Position numbers and translations under genes: made by a program
The notes under the pieces: model-generated
What the model saw: only the letters and a program-made list of their open reading frames with translations
The model's database searches: none
Told to the model about the DNA's origin: nothing
In this document: one piece after another, positions 1 to 13,952 of the stretch
Numbering within the stretch: position 1 is the stretch's first letter
Layout: every line of letters starts with the position of its first letter
Assembly: GCA_963693365.1 (NCBI GenBank)
Contig: CAVNZM010000003.1
Coordinates: 14,416,914-14,480,913, forward strand
Source: Amoebidium appalachense
Taxonomy: Eukaryota > Protista > Ichthyosporea
Direction: 5' to 3'
Length of the DNA: 64,000 bases

Positions 1-401
1 TAAAGTAGATCGGAATGTTTGGAATGTGGCATCGTAGGGGGGCCAGGTGATGATGATCTTTGAGGGCACGGCCTTGATGGCCTCAGTTGTAACTTAGTCT
101 CATTCCGTACGGATCTAAGTTTGCCCGTCGGAGCCTGGTCTGAATAAACTTTATCGTTTTTCCGTACACGTTCGTTCCTTTTCGTGTGTGTACACTTAGT
201 AGAGTGCCGCGTCTCTAGTACATACACAATAGGATACGACAAGCTACACCTTTCTTTTAGTGCGGTTTTTCGCGCTAGGGTAACGCGGTGACAGTTCCTT
301 CTGGGCTGTTGCTACACCTCAAACACACAACAAAAAAAAAAAAAAAAAAAAAAAAAAACAACCATAAACACAACCACACGAGTTCGGGCACACACCACAC
401 A

Positions 402-1736
402 ATGGCTAAGTTCAACGTAGATATGTTCTACGCATTGGCAGCGGAGGATAGCTCCCTGCACACACAGGTACCACAGGTTCATACACTAGACGTTAGACAG
501 ACCACAGCTTTCAGTTTTACACTCAAACATGACTCGGAAATACCTAGGTGGCTTAGGACACTCCTAGCTAACACACCCACACTAGTGTTAGACACTAAGA
601 AGGCCCCCACTGTGGCGGCCTCGTGCCTAATGAACAAGCAGTGCATCGACCACAAGACTATGGCCGACTTATGCACCCTTATGGAGGAGCACCCGTACCG
701 GGCCGAGCAGGCCCCCCAGGTGACGGCTCGTATATACGAGCAGCAGTACGACGAGGGGAGGGACGAGATGGTGTCCCGGACGCTCGGCCAGAAACGTCTG
801 GCCGCACGGTTCATCCCCGACGACGAGGACGAGAACAGCACCGACGACGTGGACGGGGAGCTCGAGGCCTTCACACGGCCGGAAAACGAGCTCGAGTATA
901 CGGCCCGGCTCGTCGGCCGATACCTGACGGCCGACCGGCGCCGTACCTTCCGGGCCCAGCTACGAGAATGGAAGTATACCTTTCCCACTTTAGATATGTC
1001 CCCCGTAGAAGCTCGTGCATTCTTTGAGAGGGAATATCGGGTCTTTGAAGACCTTTGTGAGTTAGCTGGTGACGTGAGTGATAGGGAAAAGTTCGAGTTT
1101 GCTCGTAAGGCTCTCTCTGTAAACACAGACACTGCACGCATGTTTGGGGAGCATGATGATGTAGATGAGGTGGTGTTGCATGTTAAACGTCACTTGCTTG
1201 CCATGCACGAGGTGAAGTTCAATAAGAGGGATAAAAAGGAGGTGATGGAAGTAGACAAGAAAAAGAAGGAGAGTGGACAGAAGGGGGAAAAAGAGAAAAA
1301 AGAGGGTGAACAGCCAGATGCACTCACCATGTTGGTCAAGCAGGTTGCCGAGCTCTCCCAGGCCGTCTTCTCTGGCCGAGGAGGCTTCGGCTTCCGGGGT
1401 GGCCGTGGCGGCGACCGGGGTGGACACGGCGGTCGTGGGCGCGGTGGACGTGGAGGACAACAGCAGCAGTTCACCGAGAGGTTTGCCCCTTATCTTGCTC
1501 GTGGTGGTGGGCAGGGTAGAGGGAGGGGTGGAAATGGTGGTGAGAGAGGCCGAGGGGGGCAGGGGGGAAGGGGGGGCCGTGGTGCACACGGTGGGCCCCC
1601 CCAGCGTGACCGGGCTCCCGGTTATGCATCAGCAAACTTCCCGGAAGTATTGCCAACGTATTTTTTGCTATTGGCGCTATTGGCAATATTGGCAATAGAA
1701 CCCCTTGCCGCCAATAGGAACGCCATATTGCAATAA
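402..1736 (+). mobile_element. Gag-like ORF of a retroelement with RGG-rich C-terminus, interrupted at ~1630
   Basis: ATG at 402. Helical capsid-like segment (FFEREYRVFEDLCELAGDVSDREKFEF), then Lys/Glu linker and RGG repeats. Composition changes abruptly at ~1630. Upstream AATAAA (143) and ...GTGACA (~293) resemble an LTR 3' end. No pol present. Confidence 0.5.
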
Positions 1737-2291
1737 TATTGCTTTGGTATTGTCAATGGTAATACAGTACCAATACCCTCTATTGTCGATCATCAGCAAT
1801 CTTCACCCCCCATCGGAAACCCCTCTTCGACGTCGACGACGGGGTCGGAGTAGTTTACGATACCTGAGTGGCTGCGTTTGGTACCCTCGACATTTTAATG
1901 GATGGAAAAGCTGAAAACCCATCGCCGACGTCGACAAGCATATTACAGGGTAATAAAGAGGTCCACTGATTTTTCGACCCTCATGTGTATATGCCAACGT
2001 CATCATATGGACATGCTGTGCATGCCTTTACACCGTCCATTAACCGAATGTAGCACCTATTCCAATGCTATAGACGTGCTATGGACGTCGTAAGCCTGTT
2101 CTACGTATGCATACTGTGTAGGCTAACAAGATGGGTATCGTCGACGTCGAAAACAAAGCATACTGTGAAGGTGATTCTGAGCATCTTAATATGAGGTTTC
2201 CGACGTCCGTAAACTAATAAGAAACGGCGAATTCTGCAATAATAAATACTGTTTTTATAATGTTACAGTATAAGTACAATAGTTTTATGTG

Positions 2292-2300
<9 letters not shown>
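1630..2300. repeat. MITE-like/non-coding insertion with ATTGCC/GGCAAT and CGACGTCG motifs
   Basis: Starts CAGCAAAC. Short motifs recur in both orientations. Ends near a (TA)n tract. TIR and TSD not resolved. Confidence 0.35.
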
Positions 2301-2343
<43 letters not shown>

Positions 2344-2568
2344 GGGTAAGGGGTGTCCTGTGAATGAAAACATGGTTTAGTTCTAACGTGAAATGTACTA
2401 ATGTACTACAGGAAACATGTGCTTACCAACTGGAATATTCTACCCCACACACAACCATACACGTATGCATGAGAATGGGAGGGGGGAAGAATAAATGAAT
2501 AGAAAAAGAAAACAGTATACAAATAATAAACAAATAAATAAATAAGTAAATAATAAATAATAAAAAAA

Positions 2569-2652
2569 GGACTGGAGTGGATTCGAACCGCAGTCTTGGG
2601 CAAAACTATCCTCCTTCGAGCTACTGCCTTGCCCAGGTACGCCATTCGGTCA
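2569..2652 (-). pseudogene. Degenerate tRNA-like / SINE head
   Basis: Minus strand has an A-box-like TGGCGTACCTGG, a B-box GGTTCGAATCC and a following T-run. Acceptor stem pairs only 5/7. Confidence 0.35.
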
Positions 2653-2953
2653 CTTCCGAAAGCATGGGAAACCCGAACACTATATAGCGTACAATACTTA
2701 TTATTATTATTATTATTATTCCTTATTTGCGTGGACGACGTCTATGGAAATAGTCAGGGGTATAGGGCATACCCACCCACCCAAAATAAGAATACAAACA
2801 ACCACGTCAATGGCCAAAAACAAACAAAGAAGAAGAACAAAAAGAGGGGAGGGAAAAAAAAGAAAAAAAAAAGCTGGCGTGGGGAGGATCGGGTGGCGTA
2901 CCTGGGGCAAGGCGCCGAAATCGAAGGAAAATCTGAACACCATATATTGTACA

Positions 2954-4916
2954 TTACGGTGCCTCGGGTATGTAGTAAGCATTGATGCTGCACTGTGTTG
3001 GTTTGCCGTTGTAGTGCAGTGTCATGTTGATGATGCCACGTTGTTTGGCATTGACGGTGCCGAGGCCGTGAATGGGGGTGGGAGGACATGGGGTAAGGGA
3101 GGAGAAATACTCCTTGATGGGGCAGATGTGTGCATTACAAGCACTGTCCCAGACGGGGTCGTTACTGTCAGGTGTGCCGGTGGAGGAGATGAGTGCAAAT
3201 TTCACACTCTTGTCGCCTTTCTCCTGCTTGACACGACGAGCAACAGTACAGCCAGGCTCCGGGCATGCTGTGATGTGGTGGGGCTCATGGCAGTAGGAAC
3301 ACTCCACCTTCTTGGTGTTGTGCTGTCGGTTACGGTTGTCCCTGTTACCACGGTGGTAAGGGGAAGTTGAACGGGGGCCGGGTGACTTGGAGGAAGGACG
3401 AGGATCACGGGAACGGGACGGGGATCGGTGAGGTGTATGCTCACGTCGAGGAATACGGTTACGGAGGTCACCGGGGGGGAAGCACTCTGCTCTGGAGTGC
3501 ACGGAGGGGACGGTTGTTGACGGTTGCACCTGTGCCTGCGTCGATGAGGCCGGCACGGATTTCAGCTCCTCGGATGTCACTGATGAGCTGGTTGAAGGAC
3601 GGGTAGGCCTTGTTGTTCATCCAGTAGTCGGAGCAGAGACGTTCAATGTCGGGGCAGACCAGGGCTGTGTTCTTCCGGATGTGGAGGAAGAACTTACGTA
3701 CGACATCCTTGTGCTGGACGGGTTCGTCGAGGCAGGCAAGTGTCGTAGCCAGACGTTGGAGACGGGTGAGGTATGCTGTGACGTTGGGGTAGTCTCGTAG
3801 TTCAAGCTCCTCGAAGGTGACTTGAATCTGGGTGACTCGGGCCTCCTTCTCTGCTACATACGCCATACGTAGGTTGTGGAAGACTTCACCACCGTGGACA
3901 CCGTCTTGCATCCGGCCGGAGTCGTAGAGCTCGGTCGGGTGGACGGACTGGTTGAGGATCTGGTCGAGGACGTCGGAAGCTTTCTTGTAGGAGTCCTTGG
4001 TGGTGTAGCCTAGCCACTGGTTGGCTTCAGCGCCGTCAACCCACTGTGGCCTCTTGATAGCGTCAACGAATTTCTCGGCAATGGTTGTTCTAATGAACCG
4101 GTGAATGAGTGGCTCCCACTCGAAATAATTAAGACGTTTCTCGTCTCGTTTCTCGGACGGATTCCATATTGGAAGGTTGATATACGACAGTTTATCAGTC
4201 ATGATTGAAGCAGTAAGACTGAGAGATTTCGCGGTTGTAACGAGATTGTGTGTTAGCGTGCAAAGGGGCCGTAAACCTGTTATTTTTGTGTGGGTAAACG
4301 GAGAAGCAGAGAGCACAGATGGGTGTTATGTAATACACAACACAGAGACACACGGGAGAAACACAACCGGAGAGGTGGAACGATTTCTGGAACCATAGGA
4401 AATGAATACGACTGCTTATGATTTATTTCAAGATGAGGTCCCTTTTATACTTGGGAATGTGAAACGATAAACCAATCAAAAGAACGAAAACTATGAGTGT
4501 AAAATATATCGATTAAAATGTCTGTCGACACATAGAATATAAAACTCAATCCTCTAATGAAAGAAACTAAAACGGAAACATTTAATAAAATGAAACCACT
4601 TATGTAACTATTAATTCATAACATACATTTATACATGTTCTTATCATAACACGTCTTAATATAATTATTCCTAATAGTTGGAGAACATAGCACAATGCTA
4701 CGTCGTGGGAAAGGAATGAGAAAGGAATGTAAGTTACTATATTTGGGAAAATACAAACGAGATATGATTGGATGACATATATAGATTTTGACACAAACGA
4801 CAATACGTGTGCGCGAGCTAAGTATGTCGATACGTACACAGATCTAAGATGTCGTGTACACGGAAACAGAAAAGAAAGAAAGAAATGAAGAAAGGAAAAG
4901 GAAACAAACTACAACA
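2954..4916 (-). mobile_element. 3'-truncated Ty1/Copia element (5' LTR ~4278-4916, PBS, gag, protease start)
   Basis: Gag at 3468-4202 is homologous to the gag at 11876-12640. After a 1-nt shift in a C-run come CSYCHEPHHITAC and protease WDSACNAHICP. PBS GGTTTACGGCCC abuts the LTR end ...AACA. Distal LTR end is approximate. Confidence 0.85.
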
Positions 4917-5019
4917 ACTAATAAATAAATACAAAACTCAACTTCTAAGTCTTGCTGAGAATCAAGTGAAGATGACAGGGGGAGGGGAGGGGGGGGGGGG
5001 GGGGGGGGGGGGGGGAGGG

Positions 5020-5590
5020 CAGCACCCCTCTGCAGTGGACTTTTGATATATTTTTGAACCCCTCCGCAGAGTCGTTTTTTTTTGGCACCCTTCCTTGAAA
5101 CCCCTCTGCTTCGTGAATTCTGACAATCGCGGAGGGGTGGATGGGGGTGTGCGGAAGGGGTAACTTCTGGGGTGCAGAGGGGTCCACCCCTCCGCAAAGT
5201 AAGAAAACCCCTCCGCAACCTAACTTTTACCCCTCCGCAAAACCGCCAAACCCCTCCGCAAGTTCATGAAAACCCCCTCCGCACCCCTCCGCAAGTGCGC
5301 GGAGGGCCGGGTGACTTTGCGGAGGGGTAAAAAATGACTTTTTTGGCACACGCAGAGGGATGTGCGGAAGTGTGTGCGGAGGGGTTTTATAGCTTTGCGA
5401 AGGGGTGGGCGGAGGGGTGTCCCCTCCGGAACACCCTCCGCAACCCCCTCCGCAAAGCTATAAAAACCCCTCCGCACCCCTCCGCGAAGTCATAAAACTC
5501 CTCCGCAATGTCGTTTTTTCGGCGCGGAGGGGTGACTTTGCGGAGGGGTGAATTTGACCCCTCCGCAGACGCCCCTCCGCAAAGTGCCCC
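5020..5590. repeat. Array of CCCTCCGCA/TGCGGAGGG motifs in both orientations
   Basis: More than 20 copies of a ~9-bp core, both strands, flanked by poly-G and poly-C. Resembles DNA-transposon subterminal repeats. Confidence 0.6.
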
Positions 5591-6510
5591 CCCCCCCCCC
5601 CCCCCCCCCCCCACCCCCGGGGGGCCGTCTCTCCCTCCTTCCCTGCACTCCCCCTCTCACAGAGTCTCCCTCTCGGAGTCCGTCCCTCTCTTCCTCTCTC
5701 CTTCTCTCCCTCTTTCCGACAGTCACTCCCTCTCTCCGGGATCCGGACGGCGGGTTCCCCTGTATTCTCCCTCTCCGCCGAGCCCCTCTCTCCTTCAGAA
5801 TCTCTTCCTCCAGTCTCCCTCGGGCCCGGACCGAGGCTCTCTCTCCGCAAGCTGAGACTCACGGCTCCGCCGGACTCAAGTCACGGGTCAGCTGCAGTCC
5901 CTCTCCGAGAAGGCTCTCTCTGAAGTCTCTCCTCTCTCGACGCCTCTCTCAGTCTCCGACCCCCCCCGGCCCCCCCACCCCCCTCCTCTCCGTCAGACTC
6001 TCTCTCACTGACTGTCAGACAGGCTCTCTCTCTCTCTCTCTCTCTCTCCAATGAACGCAACCATTTTACACCGTGGCAGGTTCATAGTTACAGGTATGCA
6101 AACAGAAACAGGAACACACAAAAGAGCTAAACTTTGGTACACACCCACACAGCATTGAGTGGCTTCACAGTGGCATTTAAGTCTTGGCACCGCATCACAT
6201 TGACACAAGTCAGAAATTCTATCTGCTGGTGTATAGTTAACCGGAGTGCTTTAAAACATTTTCCTGCATCCTATGTTCCAGCAAGCACTAATCCACTCAC
6301 ACACTTTCCCTCCCTACAGAGAACCTTTGCTCCACGAATCCCGATGAAAGTCAAATCAGAAAGGTAACGACCTTCCCCCCCTCCCCCCTCCCTTTTTTTT
6401 TTCCTCATGTAAACACCACCGACCTAACGAGGATGTTTGCATGTCACCAGTACATGGGCAAAGCCAATCGTTTTATGCAGTTATTGGTGTGGTATATCGA
6501 AGTCATGCCG

Positions 6511-7237
6511 TGTTGTTTTGTACGGGTCTAAGGGAGCAGAGTGCACAGAGGTGTCATGTAAAACACGACTAACACATTAATGAGAGGGCAATCGGAGTTG
6601 TTCACGAGACATTGAAAGATTCAAACAACAACTGATTCTTTATTGTGCTCTCGGTTTCTTTTGTACTTGCGACTTATCACCTTATCACAACTAAAGAGGG
6701 AGAACCAATCGGTTCTATCAGAAGTTAGAAAAACACATTCCGACAGAGCATACGCATTCCAACTTCTGATTAAACTAAAGTGTAGAAACTCTTACTTAAA
6801 TAAATTAAGTAATTATACATCTAGTCACTATTAACTCACATATATATTTATGTTCGTCTCTATAAAGAAACTTATTTAAATACATATATTTCCTAATAGT
6901 CGACACTCTCAAAGTGAAGACACTTTGCAATAAACCGAATTCCATATATATCTATTGTCCAATCACAACACACATATATTAATAGATAGGAATGCACAAC
7001 ACAATCTACAGATGTACTCGCTCGCGACTATTGGCGAGCCATCCTTTTGAGAACAAAACTAAGCCATTTTGAAATAAAGGAAAGACAACGAGTGAGTCTA
7101 GCCAATCACGCTACCTCTCAGATAAACAGAGGAGAGCAAACAGAAATAAAATACAATAAGTTCTTATCAGGCAAGAGAGCCAGGTGTGCACAGATCTACA
7201 GATATCTGTGCCCACAGAAACAAGGGAGAGAGAGATA

Positions 7238-7317
<80 letters not shown>

Positions 7318-7483
7318 AGAAAAAGAGAAAAGAGAAAGAGCACAAAGACGGAAAGCAGACACGAATACAAACAAGCTAGGACACATACATACTTCAAGGC
7401 TCTTGCTGTCATACATGGTGACGTATTCCAACACATACATACTTCAAGGCTCTTGCTGTCATACATGGTGACGTATTCCAACA
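6511..7483 (-). repeat. 3' LTR of Copia element (has a 50-nt terminal tandem duplication)
   Basis: Direct repeat of 12759-13714. The unit at 7381-7430 is repeated at 7431-7480. Confidence 0.95.
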
Positions 7484-8200
7484 TCCCCACTCAAGGGGTT
7501 GAAGTTTGTGTTCTCGTGTCTGTTGATGTGACGGTAGATGAGGTCCAAACACAGGAGGGGCCGTCACACTCAAGTTTCCCCACTCGAGGATGCAAACCGA
7601 AGATCCTTGAGGTGGGAAGGAGAGAATCAAAACTGAAGAGGCATACAACGACGGTTGCCTCTGAAGACTTGAAACAATAAAGCATGGTGGTTATCGGCGA
7701 TATATATATATAGAGGAAACACTAGTGTATGTGTGACGTGTTGGTGGCTAATGGTTTATACTGGGGACCACCCAGGTAAACACAAGGCATGAACTTCTTG
7801 TGGACTGATTTATAGACTGGTTGTCAACCAGTTAAGACACGGGGAAGGTGCATCCCGTGGACTAGGTTTAGACTGGCAGTCAACCAGCACGCCATGGCTA
7901 TAGATAATTATTTATACTGGGACGCCATCCCAGTTCGACATATATATAAAGTCGAATATAGAAGAAAACCAATATATATGGTGGGATATGAATATAAATA
8001 AACGACGGATGGTGGAGAATAATCCCCACTGAAGATGCACACATATGACGATGTAAGACTAAGTCCCCACTGATGAAGAGAAACGATGAGGAGTAGTAGA
8101 CTTTCGTTGGGAGGCATCTTGATCACCGTAGGTGTGTCAACTGCTGTCCAGGGCCCCAACCTACTCAGAAACCACTCGATGAAGAACACCAGTGCACGGG

Positions 8201-11200
8201 TCAGTCACGGAGACTGAGGTTGGCACGGTGTGTGTCGTGGGCCGGACCAGCCAGAGGCTTGGTGAAGATGTCGGCCAGGTTCTTCTTGGTGTCGATGTAG
8301 GTGACAGTGACGTCCCCACTGTTGATGTAGTCCTTGGTGTTGAAGTAACGAACGGCAATGTGCTTGGTCCGGTGCTTGATGGTGTTGGAGTGGACCAGAG
8401 CAATGGTGGACTGATTGTCACACACAGTACACGGGGGTGGGCTCGGTCATGGGGTAGCCCAGCTCCTTTAGGAGATCACGGTGCCAGACAACATCTTGCA
8501 CGGCAGCATTGAGGGCCAGGAGCTCGGCCTCACAGGTGGAAGTTGCAGTGATCGTCTGCAGCTTGGAGTGGTAGGTGACGGGGGTGCCTTCGAGGAGGAT
8601 GACGTACCCAGACATGGAACGACGGGTGGTGGGGCAACCAGCAAAGTCAGAATCCGAGTAGCACTCAAGGATGGGCACCTTGCTGTTGGGGGCCTTCTTC
8701 TTGTAGTAGAGGCCGAGGTTGATGGTGCCGAGCAGGTAACGAACGACACGGAGGAGAAGCTCCCAGGCAGTCTTGGTGGGCTTGGAGCTGAATCGGCCGA
8801 GGTAGCCAATGGCATACGAGATGTCAGGCCGGGAGCACCGAGCAACCCACAGCAGACGGCCGAGGAGTTCACGGTAGGGGACGGTGGTGGGCAGGGATGA
8901 GAGGGAGGTCTCGTTGATGATGGTGCCCACGGGAATAGGGGTGGCCTTAGGCTTGGCATCGACCAGGTTGAAGTCGGTGATGATGTCCTTGATGTAGGAG
9001 GACTGCAGCAGCTTGAGGGAGTCACGGGTGTACAGCAGTTCAAGTTGGGTGCCGAGGAAGATGTCTGGCAGACCGACCTTGCACTCGGCAGACTTCGTGA
9101 TGTGACGAACAAGCCCCTGCATGATGGTGGAGTGCCGTGTGCAGGTGATGATGGCATCATCAACGTAGTTGCCCGAACGGATGATGTGCCCGTTGGGGAA
9201 CTGACGGAAGTAGACACACTGATCGGAACGGAGACGGGTGAGGCCGTGGGCAATGAGAATTGAGTTGAAGAACTCGTACCATGCCAGGGATGCCTGCTTG
9301 AGTCCGTAGATGGCCTTCTTGAGTTTCCAGACTTTGTGTTCATTGCCAGGGAGGATAAAACCAGGAGGTTGCTCCATGTACAAAGTCTCGTCGAGGGGGC
9401 TGTTGAGGAAGGCCGTGCTGATGTCGAGTTGATGGATCTCGTGGTCCTGTTGCACACCGAGGGCAAGCAGGGCACGGACGGAGGAGGACATGACGACGGG
9501 GGAAGAGTTTTCACCGTAGTCAACACCGTAGACTTGGGTGAAACCCTTGGCCACACCACGACCCTTGATCTTGGTGTCACCAGCAGAGTTGAGGACCTTC
9601 TCCGTGACAATCCACTTGAATCGGATGATGTTGGCATCGGAGGGGGGCTCAACTACGTCGAAGATGTCCTTGTCGATGAAAGCTTGTACTCGGCAGTGAG
9701 GGCAGTCACCACTTCATCACCCTTGGTGCTCAGGCACAGCTGCTGAATTGACCGGGGCAGCTGAGACACATCAAGGCTGGGTCGGGAGATGCTCACCATA
9801 GCCATGGCAGGCCGGGAGGAGAGACGGGAGGAAAGACGGGGGACGGTACGGAGGGGCTCAGGGGCCGGGGGGGTTTCTGGAACAGACACTCGGTGGTCTG
9901 GGATGGGGGCCTGGAAGCCAGGGATGGGTGCCGTGTTGAGGGGGGAGTCGGATAACACGGGGCTGGACGGGGCCGAGTGGAACTCCGGAGACCCAGGACG
10001 AACCGGGGTGAGATGACCAGGTACGTGGTCATTGACGGCAGGGGCCGGCAGCAGGGGTTGCTGGCCGGTGGGGAGGGGGGTGGGTGGAGCCACGGGGGCA
10101 GGTACACGACGGGGGGGAACGACGGATAATCACCGACGGAATTTCATAGTCATCGGAATTGGAATTTCCGGAATGCAGGGATGGATCGATTGAGGTCGTC
10201 TGATTGGTGGCCTGCACAGAAATCTGATTGGATGCCGTGGTGAATTGTGATTCGTCGAAGACGACATCGCGGTAGAGGTTGACCGTGTTGCCACGTAGAT
10301 TCATGATCTTGTGGGCTTTGTTGGTGATATCCCAGCCCACGTAGGTGCCGAGTTTGACGGTAGAGGCCAACTTGTCTCGTTTGGATGCAGGGACGTGTAC
10401 ATAGGCTGGGCAGCCGAACACGTGCAGGTGGGAGATGTCAGGCTTGACACAGTAGAAAATTTCAAACGGTGTACGGCCATTGGCAGCTCTGGCCGGGGTC
10501 ACGTTGATGATGTAGGCAGCATGCTTGAGAGCAGCTCCCCACAGCTTGGGGGAAAGGGAGTCGGCCTTGTCCTGATGAAGGAAGCACCGAACGATCTCCT
10601 GCAGATCCCTCATCTTACGTTCAACGAAGCCGTTGAGTTGGGGGCAGTCAACCGGGGCAAATTCCTGAATGATGCCCTTGGACTGGCAGTACTGCTCCAT
10701 AGCATGGGAGGTGAACTCGGACCCAGAGTCTGAACGGAAGTGGGTCACCACCTTGTCGGGTTGCTTGTCAGTAGTCTCAACCAGGGCCTTGACGTATTCG
10801 AGAGTTTCGGATCGATCACGGAGGAGGTACACGATGGTGTAGCCGGAGGCATCACAGGTACACACGAGGGCCACCTTGTAGCCACCATAGGAGGCACAGG
10901 GAGGCTCGAAGAAGTCCATGTGCCACTTGGCACCGGGGAAGGGGCACTGGGTTCTGGTGCCGGAGAATGGGGCCTTGGTGGTCTTGCCGGAGACACAACC
11001 GAAGCAGTCAGTGGTGTCAGCCACTGAGAGGGATGGGGGGAGGCCTGTCACGAGGTCACCTCTCACCATCTTGGTGAGGGTGGACAGGGCACGATGGCCG
11101 AGACGGTGGTGCCAGAGCTGAGGATCATTGTTGACCTTGACATTGGCTACCAGAGCAGTGACGGTCCGAGGGATGGAGGGACGTATCTCATAGTCAGTGA

Positions 11201-12640
11201 TGAAGTACAGTCCATCTGTGCCTGTGAGGGAACACACGATGTTGCCACCACGAGTGTAGAGGTAGGATGGGAATTCATCCTCATCATCTAGGTGGGCAAG
11301 GAGACCCGACTTGGAGGCCATTGAGGGTGATATCAGGAAGGCTGGGGAGTCGGGTACATAGAGGGTGTTGAGGCTCAGTACTGATGTTACTCCGTTGTAG
11401 GTGACGGCCAGGTTGATGACACCACGGTGATGTGCAGTGACGATGCCGAGGCCGTGGACTTCAGTTGGGGGGCATGGCTCAAGAGTAGAGAAGTACTCCT
11501 TTACTGGGCACACGTGCACGTTGGAAGCCGAGTCCCAGCAGGGGTCCATGGGTAGGGAGGCCGTGGTGGACACGAGGGCAAAATGCACCTCTTTTCCAGA
11601 CTTGGTGCTGGCACGGTGACGACGGGCAATTGAGCAGCCAGGTTTGTCACACTGTGTGACATGATGGTCTTCGTGACAGTAGGCACAGTCGAGGGAGCCA
11701 GTGGTCTTGGCTCGGGGTGGCTGGGAATGACGGTTACCCCCTTTACGTGGGGGGTAGGGTGACCGGGAACGATAGCCGGGGGAACGGGACCGGGAGTAAT
11801 CACGGTCAACTGAGGGGGATCGATCGGTGGGACGACCACGGGGGTGACGGGAGACGGAGCTGGTGTCTGAGGTCGTCAGGGGATCCGGTGTCTGAGGTCG
11901 TCCTTGGTGAGGACACGGCTTTGCAGGGCACGTGCTGTTCGGACGGTGGAGGAGGACCCGGACCCAGAGTCGATGAGACCTTCACGGATCTCTGCAGCTC
12001 GGATGTCACTGATTAGACGGTTGTAGGTCTCGTAGTTGATGGTACGACGGAAGTAGTCGGCAATCATGGCCTGGATGTCTGTACAAACTAACTTACGGTT
12101 CTTCTTGAGGTGGATGAAGAAGTTATCAACCATAGTCTTGTGAGGAATGGGCTCTTCGAGGATGTGCAGGGTAGTGCACAGACGGCGTGCCATGGTGAGG
12201 TAGGCCGTGACGGTCTTGAAGTCCTTGAGTTCAAGCTCATGGTAGTCGAGGAGGATTTGACGAGCACGATCTTCACGTTCAGCCGCATAGGTCATACGGA
12301 GGTTGTGGAAAGCTTGGGCAGGTGACACATCATCGTGGATTTGACCAGAGTTATACAGCTCATCATTGGAGACGAGTTGAGTAAACATCTGTTCAAGGAA
12401 GTTGGAAGCCTCGGTGTAGGCCTCCTCAGTGTCATAGCCGTGCCACTCGTTCTCGTCGGAAGGGTCGACCCACTTGGGGGCCTTGATGACGGGCACTAAC
12501 TTGGCCGCGGTGGTGGTACGTAGGTACCTGAAGATGACGGGTTCCCACTCATAATAGGTGAGACGTTTGCCGGACTTCTTGTCCGTGGTGTCATCCCCTT
12601 TCCAGGGGGTGAGGTTGAGATACGCAGGTTTCTCCGACAT
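8201..12640 (-). pseudogene. Copia gag-pol polyprotein with several frameshifts
   Basis: Protease WDSASNVHVCP. Integrase WHHRLGH, CFGC, RSDSGSEF, NGFVER. RT HQLDISTAFLN, YGLKQ, YVDD. RNase H YSDSDFAG, CDNQS, NLADIFTKPL. Shifts near 11880, 10090, 9690 and 8425. Confidence 0.95.
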
Positions 12641-12758
12641 GGTGATCAATCAGTCAGATGATGCGTGAGAGAGGAATCAGATCGGTATTCAAATTTGAAT
12701 ATTTTCGATTGCAGCGAGAGTATGTGTTGCGAGAGCGTGCGAAAATGGGCCTTTAACC

Positions 12759-13714
<956 letters not shown>

Positions 13715-13952
13715 GTGTGTGTTTGTGTGTGTGTGTTTGTTGGTGGTGGTGATGGTGGGTGTGTTTTTTTTTGGGGGGGGGGGAAGGGGGGGGAGAAGGT
13801 GGGATGAGGGGGGGAGGGTAAATAAAACATTGAGTGGCCAGCATGACGATACTATGGATTCCCCTTCACGGCAATCCGTGACAAAGAACATTGCTGATTG
13901 GTCCTTGTTTACGCCAAATTTTAAAATTAAAGATTTCTTCTCTCTCTCTCTC

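Noticed and set aside
3460-3485. Programmed gag-pol frameshift shared by the two minus-strand Copia elements
   Set aside because: The shifts go in opposite directions and both lie in C-runs, which fits decay or sequencing error better.
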